Of a stretch of 64,000 bases of DNA, positions 48,666-61,207 are shown in pieces. The notes under the pieces are model-generated. The model worked only from the letters and a program-made list of their open reading frames with translations, was not told the DNA's origin and made no database searches. The stretch lies in contig OZ024760.1 in the NCBI GenBank assembly GCA_964016885.1, forward strand, positions 33,852,001 through 33,916,000, given 5' to 3'. Both the position numbers and the translations under genes were made by a program. The first letter of the stretch is position 1. Every line of letters begins with the position of its first letter. Source of the stretch: Eledone cirrhosa. Lineage: Eukaryota.

Positions 48666-48670
<5 letters not shown>
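48297..48670. mobile_element. inverted pLTR pair with HHR
   Basis: The left arm (48297-48455) is reverse-complementary to most of 48497-48670. Confidence 0.8.
48497..48558 (+). ncRNA. type I HHR
   Basis: gggagtggtaagct-CTGAAGA-gtac caaca gtac-GAAA-caaagatctcTC-agcttatctccc. Confidence 0.75.
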
Positions 48671-48709
<39 letters not shown>

Positions 48710-48829
48710 TGTGTGTGTGTGTGTGTAAAGGAAACAAGAAATGAATAAACAAGAGGATGCGTTAACAAAGTCGTATTAGTTTTACGCTTAAAGAAAAGAG
48801 AGCGAGTTACAATACTAATATATAAGTTT

Positions 48830-49008
48830 ATCCCGGGTTCAATCGGGGGTAACCACAGTAAGTAAGGTACTCAATACATAGCAGAGTGTAAATAATTAAT
48901 ATAGAAATGGCTTCTACAGGACTAGAACTGTTTCATTCGGGAGATATCATCAGGAAAGCCCTGATGATTTCTTCCCAATGAAACAGTTCTAGTCCTGTAG
49001 AAGCCATT

Positions 49009-49015
<7 letters not shown>
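48830..49015. mobile_element. pLTR tip with fold-back and two opposed HHR motifs
   Basis: Same family and geometry as 30994-31192. Confidence 0.78.
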
Positions 49016-49045
<30 letters not shown>

Positions 49046-50492
49046 GAGAGAGGGGGGCTGATAGGAATAATCCTAACCGTGACGCCAAGCGATTTCGGCT
49101 TGTGTGTTAAGCAGGCCTTCCCAAGAGTATACTCTTTTTCTCTCAGTACCGTAGCCTTCCTCTCTCTCTCTCTCTACACACACACATATACATATATCCA
49201 TATATATCTATACATATGCGTGTCGTGATGATATCCATATATATCTCTGTGAGCTCGTATCCAAACTACAGAGTTCAATATACTCCGACCTCAAACAAAA
49301 TATATTGAACTCTGGATGTGGTGGGGGGAGGGGAGTATAAAATCACTAAAAGAATGTGAAGCATTTTGTCGGTCGCTCTACCGATTCTGCCAAGCCTCCA
49401 CCTCCACCCCCATTAATGACGGGAAGAAGAAGAAAAAGAAGTCCTTCATTAACAGTTCATTAACTAAATAATTACTACCATTAGTAGGACAATTAACTGA
49501 AGCTACCAAAACAGATCGTGTGTATATGTGTTTGTGTATATGTGTGTGTTTGTGTATATGTGTGTGTGTGTGTGTGTATGTGTGCGTTAGTGTATATGTG
49601 TGTGTATGTTAGTGTGTATATGTGTGTGTGTATATATATGTGTGTGTGTGTGTTAGTGTGTATATGTGTGTGTGTATATGTGTGTTAGTGTATATGTGTG
49701 TATATGTTAGTGTGTGAGCACGTTCATGTAATCACGCGAGTTTGTGTGTGTATATAAAGATGTGTGTGTGTGTGTGTAAAGATGTGTATGTGTATGTGTG
49801 CCTGTTCATATGTGACCTTGCGTGAAGAGGGTATGCATGTGCAAACATGTATGCGTGTGTGTATGTGTGTATTCATTCAATGATGTGAGTATGAAGCTGT
49901 ATGTGTGTGGATATGTGTATATGTGTGCGTGTGTCATGTAACTGTGTACGTGTGTTTGTGTGTGTATATGTGTATATGTATTCAATGATGGCGTTATACT
50001 GCTGTATGTGTGTGGATATGTGTGTAAGGAAAGATATATGGGAATATGTGTACGCGTGTCGTGTAACAGTGTATGTGAGCATGTACGTGTGTTCGTGTGT
50101 GTAAATGTGATAAGGGAACACATATACTCTCAACGGAGGGGTAAAGATACTTTGGTGACCCCTTCCCACACTAAAAGGTATAGTGGGTCTCAGGACATTG
50201 TACACCCCCTTTTATTCAGATGACAACTGCCGCTTCCTTACAGCTTCTTTGCCTTAGGTGAGGGAAAATTTAGCACCTGGTCATTCACATTACCATGAAA
50301 TATTGACCTTCTTAACAATGAGGGCCGGGATTTAATGAACGGCAAAGGGAGCAATTGCTCTGGGTCCCCTCCTGTAGGAGGCCCAACCATAGAAAAGTAT
50401 AGAAAAGACGTGAAGAATGTTATCAAAAGTTCATTCTTTAACACCTTTCAATACAATATAAGTCTACGAGAGCTGGTTGCATATTAATATTG

Positions 50493-50670
50493 TGAATTGG
50501 CAGTATCGGTAGAGGGTCGGACATGCTTTCCAGCATAGTTACGTCTCTTTACGATCTGAGTTCAAATCCCATCGAGGTTAACTTTGCCTTTCATCCTTAC
50601 GGGGTCGATAAAATAAAGTACCAGTAATGTACTGGGTAATTGCTGGCCTTGTGCCTAAAATAGAAACAAA
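50493..50670 (+). mobile_element. tRNA-derived SINE (same family as 11731-11920)
   Basis: Near-identical sequence with an (ATT)n tail. A fragment also occurs at ~47520-47575. Confidence 0.9.
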
Positions 50671-51703
50671 TATTATTATTATGCCCATTCACTAGCAATA
50701 CGTTAAATACTGCACTTCATCAGAAAGATTTCAAGGTTAGAGACGAGTTTGCTGCTATCCACATATTAAAAGGCAACTGGACTAATAGAGGTGTAGTAAG
50801 AGTTGCCTCCCCTGCCACGACAATCGAATCGCTGTTCTCTAGACAGGAAGTAGGTGGAGTTTCTTCCCTTTGGGATTGACCAAACTCCCTAGTGGTCACT
50901 TCCGGTCAACAGAGATAAAAGGAGCGATTTACCGCGAAATCTCTCTCTCGCCTCCTGATTCCTGAAGTGGTAACATCTTGGACCATAGCTGGTGATTCTT
51001 TCTGGACGACCCTTTCGTTACCAGCACAATGCAGCTCACCAGCCTGAGATGAGAGCGCCAAGATATTTCTACCAACTTCAGAATGGTATTATTGCCATCG
51101 GGTAACAACCCTTTACATTATACGCCTTTGACTTCTATGAAGTAAAACTTTATCACACACACACACCAGTACTTTTGTCTTTTATATTATGTTGCATGTG
51201 CACCGATATTTATTTCCTAAAGTGGTGACCCCCGACGTGATATTTTTTTTTTCAATGGGAAATGGTATACGGTGTATCTGATATGATATAAGACACAAAC
51301 AAAGAAAAAAAAAAAAAAAGAGAAAAATATAACACCTACAATTATTGACACGCAGACAAACCACAATTCTATAAATGTTTTCACCATTCTCTTTTCTCTC
51401 CTTTTTCTGCCTTTCGCTTCTCTCGCAAAAAACAATTTTTTATGAGGATGACAAGATGGAGTCTCTCTTCTCTTTAAATAGTGTTTTGGCGCGAAATAGT
51501 CCGCCATGTTGGTTTTTTTTTTTTGTTGAGTTTTTAGGCCCCCCGAAATTAACGTAGATAACAGCATTCAAGTAATCGCTTGTTCGCACACTGTCCCGGA
51601 TGCATTAGTTTTCCGGTTCAGTGCTCTGACGAAAGATTTTAGTTTCCATTTACTGTTACCTTAGAGACATTTTTCCCAAACGGTAGATTACTACGGCATA
51701 CCA

Positions 51704-52497
51704 ATGGCTTCCCACTCTGTTCTGCCAACGTACACGGGCGACGTAAGGTTGTGGTTCTCGCAATTAGAAGCTTTCTTCAGGGCGAACAGAGTCGACGAGG
51801 AACCTCAGCATTCTGTGGTCCTCAGTGCCATTCCGCCGGCAATTCTCCCAGCGGTCAAGGACCTCGTGTTGGAGGCAACGACAGACTCGTCGTACACGTC
51901 TCTGAAGGCTGAAATACTCACCGGACAGAACAGTCGTCAGAGAAGAGATTTAGGGCTCTGGTCCACCTGGAGCACATAGGGGATGGCACACCATCGAACC
52001 TCCTTAGGCGGATGAAGGACCTAACGGAGGGGTCTGCAGCGGAAACTGCCCTGCTGAAGCAGTTGTTCTTTTCGCGCCTGCCGACGAACGTACTGGCAAT
52101 TTTGGCCCCCATGAGGGATTCAAGCTCGGTTGAGCAGCTTGCCTCATCGGCGGACAAAATATTCGAGGTGACGAATGCCGGAGACAGCGACCCGCTCGCC
52201 GCGGTTCAACACCCAGCTCGGGCCACACATGGCCATGCGATCTACGCGGCAGCACCAACAGATAGCTTGGCTATCATTGCGATGCAAAGGTCCATTCAGG
52301 AGCTCATCATGGAACTCCACAAGATGAAGGCCTTGTGTGGTGGCTGTTCGCGCTCCCGCAGTCGCGGGAGATCGCAAAGTTTCAGACGGCGGTCCAAATC
52401 ACCAGCTTCATCCCTATGCTGGTACCACGAGCGATTCGCGGAGAACGCGAAGCACTGCGTGCAACCTTGCTCCTATCATAAGGCGGGAAACGCATAA
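51704..52497 (+). pseudogene. gag: Gypsy gag (one frameshift near 51920)
   Basis: LWFSQLEAFF, LFFSRLP, RSRSR and CWYHERF...C..PC motifs. Confidence 0.88.
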
Positions 52498-55400
52498 GAG
52501 GTCCTCTGATGGGGACAGATGGCCTCAACATAAAGCCACCAAACCGCCATTTCTTCATTAAGGACCTAATATCCGGAAGAGGTTTCCTCGTGGATACAGG
52601 AGCCTCCTGTAGTATCTGGCCGGTCCATTGCCTGAAAGATACCCCCATAGAGTCATCTGTTACGCTGCAGGCAGTTAACCACTCGTCTATAAAGACGTAC
52701 GGGAAAATCTCGCTCCCTCTTAAATTCCTAAATCTTCGAAGGGATTTTAAGTGGATTTTTACGGTTGCCGATTTGCCATATCCCATCTTAGGAGCGGATT
52801 TCCTCCACAACTTCTCTTTAACTGTGGACGTCCGTGGCCAACGCCTGGTGGATAACATCACCGGCTTTTCAATTCATGGCCAGGCAGCCAAGGCCCCAAT
52901 AGTCAGCCCTGTGTTCTTTATCGCTGCCGCTGGTGACGCTTACCATGCGTTACTGGGTTCTTTCCCGGAGCTCACGGATGGAAATTTTCGAGTCACTGAC
53001 CCAACACACTCGACCGAACATTTTGTTTCCACCACCGGTGCCCCAGTGTTTTCGCGCCCACGCCGCTTACCGACGGAAAAATTAAAGGCAGCACGGTCCG
53101 AGTTCGACCATATGCTGCAGCTGGGCATTATTCGCCCATCTACGAGTCCTTGGGCTTCACCGTTACACATGGTGCCCAAGACTTCCGGCGACTGGAGACC
53201 TACGGGGGATTATAGGAGGTTAAATGCCATGACCGTCCCGGATAGGTATCCCATTCCCCATCTCCACGATTTTGCATCTTCACTGCAGGGGTGTAAGATT
53301 TTTTCTAAGTTAGATTTAGTGCGAGCCTACCACCAAATTCCGGTCAGGAAGGAGGATATTCCGAAAACTGCAATTACAACCCCTTTCGGATCGTTCGAAT
53401 TTTTGACCATGCCTTTCGGACTCAGGAACGCCGCTAGCACTTTTCAGCGGTTCATAGACGAGGTCACGCGTGGTCTGGACTTCGTCTATGCTTACATAGA
53501 CGATATTCTCGTCGCTAGTTCCTCTCCGGAAGAGCATATGCGCCACATGCTTCTCTTACTTCGGCGACTTCAGGATTACCGCGTTCGCGTGAATCCTGCA
53601 AAGTGTGTTTTCGGTTCCACTTCCCTACATTTTTTAGGCCACCTCATCGACGCCGAAGGTATTAGGCCGCTCCCTGAGCGAGTTCAAGCCATACAGGAGT
53701 TACCGCCGCCTACTACACTTCACCAGTTGCGTCACTTCTTAGGCCTAATCAATTTCTATAGGCGTTTCATTCCTCATTGTGCTAATTGGCTATCTTCCCT
53801 TACTGACATTTTAAAAAAACGTCGTAAGAAGAATGAAGACATTTCCTTGACACAAGGACAGCTTCAGGACTTCCAGTCTGCCAAGACAGCCCTCGCTAGT
53901 TCTTCTTTGCTAGCCCACCCGGTACCAGAGGCCAAGCTTTCGCTTTGTGTTGATGCATCTGATACCGCTATGGGAACAGTTTTACAGCAGTCTTACGCTG
54001 AAAGCCAACAACCTTTGGCATTTTTCTCGAGGAAGTTGAAACCAGCAGAAACGCGTTATAGCACGTTTGGGCGGGAATTATTAGCCATATATCTGTCGGT
54101 GAAACATTTCTCTCATATCCTTGAGGGGAGAAATTTTACGGTTTTTACCGACCACAAACCGTTGACCTTCGCTTTGAGGGCCAAAGCCGACAGATATTCG
54201 CCCAGAGAGACAAGGCACCTGGACTACGTTTCACAATTTACAAACGATATCCAGCACATTGCCGGCTCGCACAACATAGTTGCAGACGCATTATCTCGTT
54301 TGCCAATTAGCTCCATCTCGTCATCCCAGGATATCGATTTAGGTCGTTTAGCTGCAGACCAACCTGCACTCCAATCGTTGGACACTCTTTCTACCGAATT
54401 TGCGACTTGCATTTTCAAATATCTGCCCTTGTCCACCACCGACAGGCAGATCCTTTGTGATGTATCCACTGATGCACCACGACCACTTGTTCCTGAGACT
54501 CACCGTCGAATTGTGTTCCTGGCTCTGCACAACATTTCTCATCCAGGATCTGCTGCCACAGTTAAACTCATAACAGCCAGATTTTTCTGGCCTAATATGA
54601 GGCGCGACATTGCTGTGTTTTGCCGTTCCTGTATCGCTTGCCAGAAATCGAAGATCCATAGACACATCCGGACTCCACTGGGTACTTTCACCACTCCAGG
54701 TGCCCGGTTCCAACACATCCACATTGACATCGTTGGACCTTGGCCATTCAGCAGTGGATATTCCTACATATTGACGTGTGTCGATCGTTTTTCGCGATGG
54801 CCTGAAGCCATCCCTTTACAAGACATGACTGCCGAGACTGTAGCACGTGCCCTGGTATCAGCGTGGATTACCCGCTTTGGGGTACCAACTACACTCACCA
54901 CAGACCGCGGTAGACAATTCGAGTCCCATCTCTTCTCTGAGCTCAACGGATTCGGACCACGGCCTATCATCCTGCTTCAAATGGAATAGTGGAACGATTC
55001 CACCGCCAATTAAAGGCCGCTCTTCGCGCCTATCCAGACTCTCAACGTTGGAGCGAGTACCTTCTTATTGTGTTATTAGGAATTCGGTCATCAATAAAGG
55101 AGGACCTTGGGTTCTCCCCGGCCGAATTAATTTATGGTGCTCCTCTAGCGTTGCCTGGGCAAATGCTTGCCCCTGTTGATCTTGCTTTCCAAGATCCGCT
55201 TTCCTACGTATCCCGTCTGCGTTCTTATTTACAGGACCTGCCGCCGATGGATACGAGGAAGCAAACTGTAAAACATGCGGTCCCAAGGGACATTGCCTCG
55301 TGGACCCATGTGTTCGTAAGGAACGATGCTGTGAGACCACCCCTCACACAACCATACTCTGGACCCTACCGTGTGTTAGCACGCACTGACAAACATTTCA

Positions 55401-55618
55401 CTGTAGACGTTAAGGGGTCCAGAGAGACAATTTCGGTGGATAGACTGAAAAGGGCACACAATGACGCTCATACACCCGAGCCACAAATACCCCAATCTTT
55501 CACCATTGTGCATACACCTGCTCCTTCTGCCCCACCTTCACCTACATACAAGACTACGACCCGTTCCGGTCGGAGAGTCCACTGGCCCAAAAAGTTCTGC
55601 CAAACTATTTTTATGTGA
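52491..55618 (+). pseudogene. pol: Gypsy pol (PR-RT-RNase H-IN) with small deletion/frameshift in integrase near 54947
   Basis: LVDTGA, YIDD, VDASD..RELLA, HHCC zinc finger, HIDIVGP, TTDRG, and [15 protein letters not shown] in the shifted frame. Confidence 0.95.
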
Positions 55619-55634
55619 ACTGGCCATTGGAGCC

Positions 55635-55667
<33 letters not shown>

Positions 55668-57039
55668 GCTGTTCTTATTTATTGATTTATTGTATTGCAA
55701 TGTACCTCTCATTACCATTTCACTGGATGTATATATATGTTTTTCGTTTCCTTTACAACGAACATTTTAAGCTATATTCTTCTATTTGCCGGTTTATAAA
55801 TTTACAATGTAAATTTACCGTTGATAACCGCGCATTTATTAAGAATGCTTATTTCTCTGGTCGCTGGCCTCTTGACCCTTCCAGGTCAACGCATTCTCAA
55901 CATCGACCATCAACTTCGGCTGCTATTTCTAGCACTTTGCGCAACTCATTTTTTCTGAAAAATTTTTTTTTACTGTGAATTTAAACACCGAATACGCTCA
56001 CTCAGCGAGACAACCGCAGCAGCAACAGCAATATAACAGCAACAGCAGCAGCAACAGCAACAGCAATATAACAGCAACAGCAATACAGCAGCAACAGCAA
56101 TACAGCAGCAGCAGCAACAGCAACAGCAATACATCAACACAGCTTCACCAACAACCAAAGCCAGAGAATTTATTTTTGCAGCACTCTTCCTGTGAGAAAA
56201 TCCATTCGGAGGTTGGAAATTTCACGATATACCACAGAACAGAAACCACCTGCATTCATTCTCTGGAACACACTTTCTTTCCTGCTGTCATGTGATTGCA
56301 CACCTGTGAACTATATTTTGTACATTTGAACTTTTGACCTCTTCTCTTACTTCCATTACTCTGTACCATAGTTTTCATGCCTCTTACATGCTCGCCATCT
56401 TACTCCATGCATGTTTCTTTCGATTTTTATGTTTTAAAAATCTGGCGGGAGATATTGTAGTAAGAGTTGCCTCCCCTGCCACGACAATCGAATCGCTGTT
56501 CTCTAGACAGGAAGTAGGTGGAGTTTCTTCCCTTTGGGATTGACCAAACTCCCTAGTGGTCACTTCCGGTCAACAGAGATAAAAGGAGCGATTTACCGCG
56601 AAATCTCTCTCTCGCCTCCTGATTCCTGAAGTGGTAACATCTTGGACCATAGCTGGTGATTCTTTCTGGACGACCCTTTCGTTACCAGCACAATGCAGCT
56701 CACCAGCCTGAGATGAGAGCGCCAAGATATTTCTACCAACTTCAGAATGGTATTATTGCCATCGGGTAACAACCCTTTACATTATACGCCTTTGACTTCT
56801 ATGAAGTAAAACTTTATCACACACACACACCAGTACTTTTGTCTTTTATATTATGTTGCATGTGCACCGATATTTATTTCCTAAAGAGGTGAGGGAGGAA
56901 AGATATATGAGACAGAGAGACTAGAAAACAAAATAATCAAAAAGAATACAACATGAGCTAGAATAAAAACTTTAAAAAACCTAAGGAGTGAAAGCTTACT
57001 GTTACATAAAAACACACGCACACTAAACTACACACACAT

Positions 57040-57072
<33 letters not shown>

Positions 57073-57425
57073 GGCCGGAAGATAGGTAAATATTGCTGAT
57101 GAGATGTAACAACATCGAAACTAGTCCAATATTCCTTGTCTGGCTTTCTGGAGAATAGAGGAAAGGTGTTTCCTCGAAAACCAGTATGACTCTAAAAACC
57201 GGTTTGTCTGTGTGTTTACATACAGAATAGCTGGACACTCACAGTAAAGTGTCCAGTGAAAAACTCGGTACATCTACATATGTACACGTGTGTGTATTCA
57301 TATGCATACTAGTATTTCAGTATACATATGTGGATATACATTTTTAACTTAATTGTTTAAGCGTCAGTCATACAAAAGTGAGTTACAAACGAAACGAAAT
57401 TTAATTTAATTTCGTTTCGTTATTT

Positions 57426-57531
<106 letters not shown>

Positions 57532-57787
57532 TAGCGAGAATCGTATTTCAGCTCAGGAATTAACGAAAATCAACGTCCGATATGTGTGGCAAGCGCTCGA
57601 TGATTCATGTGAATCAGAGCTACAACATACGTTAAGGGCCAAACACACTGAGATGATGGTTAAACATATCATCCGCACAGCCAAAACAAACGACCAAGTA
57701 ATTCGGGTCAAACAATAAAAATATATGTGTTGATACTTTCCCGGACCCTGGACTGTATATACACACTCACTCATATACATACATATG

Positions 57788-60700
57788 CAGTGGCAGTCTT
57801 GCCAGGTTGCCAGGTTGCAAAAGTGAAACATGGATTACAGGTTAAAATATATTCTAGATAGATTTAGGGTCGACTTATCAATCTTCTGGCTCTTTAGTAA
57901 CAACCTTATTATTCCTATGTGTGTTTAACTGTTGAATTAATTTAATTTGATTATTTTAGCCAACAAATAATATATGTATATATATGTATGTATCATGCCA
58001 ATCATTGTAAATTTGTATCTGACGTGCATAAACATATATATATGAATAAAGTAAGCCCAAATCACACTAGATTCAAATATCTGTAGCGGTTGTCTCCCTT
58101 GTTTGGATTAACATCTAGACGGGAAGTAGAACCCTTTCTGTAACTTCCGGTCAGAACCCTATAAAACTAACAACTTTAAGTTCTCACTCTCTCATTTGGC
58201 TCTGCCTCTCATTTGGTCTTCCGGCGCCTGGCTGGCCTTAGCCAGGCGTCCTCTGCCAGCCGCGTTTGCCTGGCAATCAAAACGGTAACGACTAACTTTG
58301 TTTCATTCTATCATCTATTTCTTTGACAATTCAACTATACTATATACCATTGTTAATTAAATATTATACACACAAACAATGTATTCCTTGTTACATTCAT
58401 ACAACCCAGTATCTTCGCTACATTGGTAACCCTGACGTGATACGAACACGCAGCCGTTCATCGCTATAAGTGGTCACCCCCCAAAAAAAGAAAAAAATAG
58501 CACATCTGGTTTTGTGTGAGTAACATTACGAATACACAGCAAATTTATCGACAAACTATGAAAATACTCAAGGACACGCACACACGCACATGTGGAATTC
58601 GCACAGACAGACTTTTTCTCTCACGCATCAACTAACTGTCGCATTTCACCAATATATATATATGTTTCTCGTTTCTTACAACGAACACTTTCAAAACAAA
58701 AAAAAAAAAAAACATTTCACGATATATATATGTTTCTCGTTTCTTACAACGAACTCTTTCAAAACAAAAACAAAAAAAAAAAAAAAAACAAATTTGATAT
58801 TCTTTAAAAAACATTTCAACAGGAACATTTATTTTCGATGAACCATTGCCTTTTTTTTTCATCGTTTTCTTCATCGTTCAAGTTTTTGTTTTTTTTCCAA
58901 AGTTCACACCCATAATTATGCTGAGTGAAGCCTTTCTTTTTAATCATTGTCACTTTCACACTTGCACCATCATTTTCTCGCGCGTTAGAAATATTATTTT
59001 TTCAACCTTGTATTGGCACGTGTAGGCAGCACAAATTCTCGACTCACAGAGATGTCTCGACTCACAGAGATAGCCGCACGCCAGAGATAACGTTTCTCGC
59101 CAAGGATTCTTCATCCTTAAGCTATATTCTCCTATTTGCTGGTTTAAAAATTTACTACGTAAATTTGCCGTTGAAAACTGCGCATTTATTCAGAATGCTT
59201 ATTTCTTTGGTCGCTGGCCTCTTTACCCTTCCAGGTCAACGCATTCTCAACATCGACCATCAACTTCGGCTGCTATTTCTAGCACTTTGCGCAACTCATT
59301 TTTTCTGAAAAATTTTTTTTTACTGTGAATTTAAACACCGAATACGCTCACTCAGCGAGACAACAGCAGCAGCAACAGCAACAGCAATATAACAGCAACA
59401 GCAGCAGCAACAGCAACAGCAATATAACAGCAACAGCAATACAGCAGCAACAGCAATACAGCAGCAACAGCAATACAGCAGCAGCAGCAGCAGCAACAGC
59501 AATATAGCAGCAACAGCAACAGCAGCAGCAATACATCAACACAGCTTCACCAACAACCAAAGCCAGAGAATTTATTTTTGCAGCACTCTTCCTGTGAGAA
59601 AATCCATTCGGAGGTTGGAAATTTCACGATATACCACAGAACAGAAACCACCTGCATTCATTCTCTGGAACACACTTTCTTTCCTGTTGTCATGTGATTG
59701 CACACCTGTGAACTATATTTTGTACATTTGAACTTTGAGCTCTTCTCTTACTTTATTACATTGTATCTTTGGGTGATGGATAGATGGATGTCCAGTCGTT
59801 CTCTGGCCAAGAGCGGTTGGCTACCTTGATATCTATCATTGATTTTTGCAAACATTCTGTTGTCGTAATTTTCATGCCTGTTACAACATTCTCGCCAACT
59901 TGCTACATATTTCAATTCGATTTTTATATTCTAAAATTCTGGTGGGAGGTTATGTAGCGGTTGTCTCCCTTGTTTGGATTAACATCTAGACGGGAAGTAG
60001 AACCCTTTCTGTAACTTCCGTTCAGAACCCTATAAAACTAACAACTTTAAGTTCTCACTCTCTCATTTGGCTCTGCCTCTCATTTGGTCTTCCGGCGCCT
60101 GGCTGGCCTTAGCCAGGCGTCCTCTGCCAGCCGCGTTTGCCTGGCAATCAAAACGGTAACGACTAACTTTGTTTCATTCTATCATCTATTTCTTTGACAA
60201 TTCAACTATACTATCTACCATTGTTAATTAAATATTATACACACAAACAATGTATTCCTTGTTACATTCATACAACCCAGTATCTTCGCTACATATCAAA
60301 GAGAAAGAGGGGGGGGGGGATGAGGTGAAACAGAAATGAAACATGGATTACAGATTAAAATATAGTCTAGATAGATGAGAAACAAAACGAGGATGTAGTT
60401 TATGGAACACCCAAATGATTTAGAAGTCGACCTTAAGTAGGAAATATAACATCAAGAAAGACATAAACGACACCACAACACTTTGTTTTGACAATTTTGA
60501 AAGTAGGTTTATAAGTATCAATTTTCATAAGATGTTTGTAGTTGTCTCAGTGGTCTAGCGGTAGGTACTAGAGACGGTGGAGATCCTGGCCTTGGTTTCC
60601 TATGATTCGACCAACTAGGCCACCGAGACAGCTCCAAAAGTGTATTTCAAAATCAAAGTTAAAAAGTTGGCTTTCCTAGAGCTATTCGTAATATTTAGGG

Positions 60701-60906
60701 TCGACTTCTGGTCATTATTGAAAGTCTCTGGATTTCACAAAATACATATATTTCCGCAAAAATATGATTGCACTGTTTCGTTTCCACTTAGGTATTTTTC
60801 GAAAATTTTATTTATTCATTATAAAAATTAAATGATAGCATTTTATATGTAGATGGGCCCCCTTCATCTCCTGGCAACCAATATTTTTAGACCCAGTCCG
60901 CCACTG
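57788..60906. mobile_element. non-autonomous hAT-like element hosting an LTR insertion
   Basis: Termini CAGTGGC/GCCACTG, subterminal GGTTGCCAG/CTGGCAACC, and 8-bp TSD TACATATG (57780-57787, 60907-60914). Confidence 0.72.
58082..60293 (+). mobile_element. non-autonomous (TRIM/LARD-like) LTR element
   Basis: 341-bp TG..CA LTRs at 58082-58422 and 59953-60293 (2 differences seen), TSD TATC, PBS TGGTAACCCTGACGTGAT, PPT GGTGGGAGG, and no coding interior. Confidence 0.95.
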
Positions 60907-61207
60907 TACATATGTACATTCACACATAATAATCTCCTACACAGCATATATACATGCATACGCTCACGCACACGTATACACACACACACATATATATACA
61001 TAGATATATGTATACATATATATACATACACACATATGTATTCATACATACACATATACATGTATGCACACATGTGCATACGCAAATACACCTATACGTA
61101 TATAACACAAATGCAACATATACTCGCTTATACACATATACACAAACATACTTAAACATACACACAGAGGCACACATATATACAAATCATATATATATTC
61201 ATATATA

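Larger units (their letters stand above)
50792..56885 (+). mobile_element. Gypsy/Ty3 LTR retrotransposon, full structure
   Basis: 430-bp LTRs at 50792-51221 and 56456-56885, TSD GAGG, PBS TGGTGACCCCCGACGTGAT (tRNA-Trp-like) and PPT GGCGGGAGA. Confidence 0.97.
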
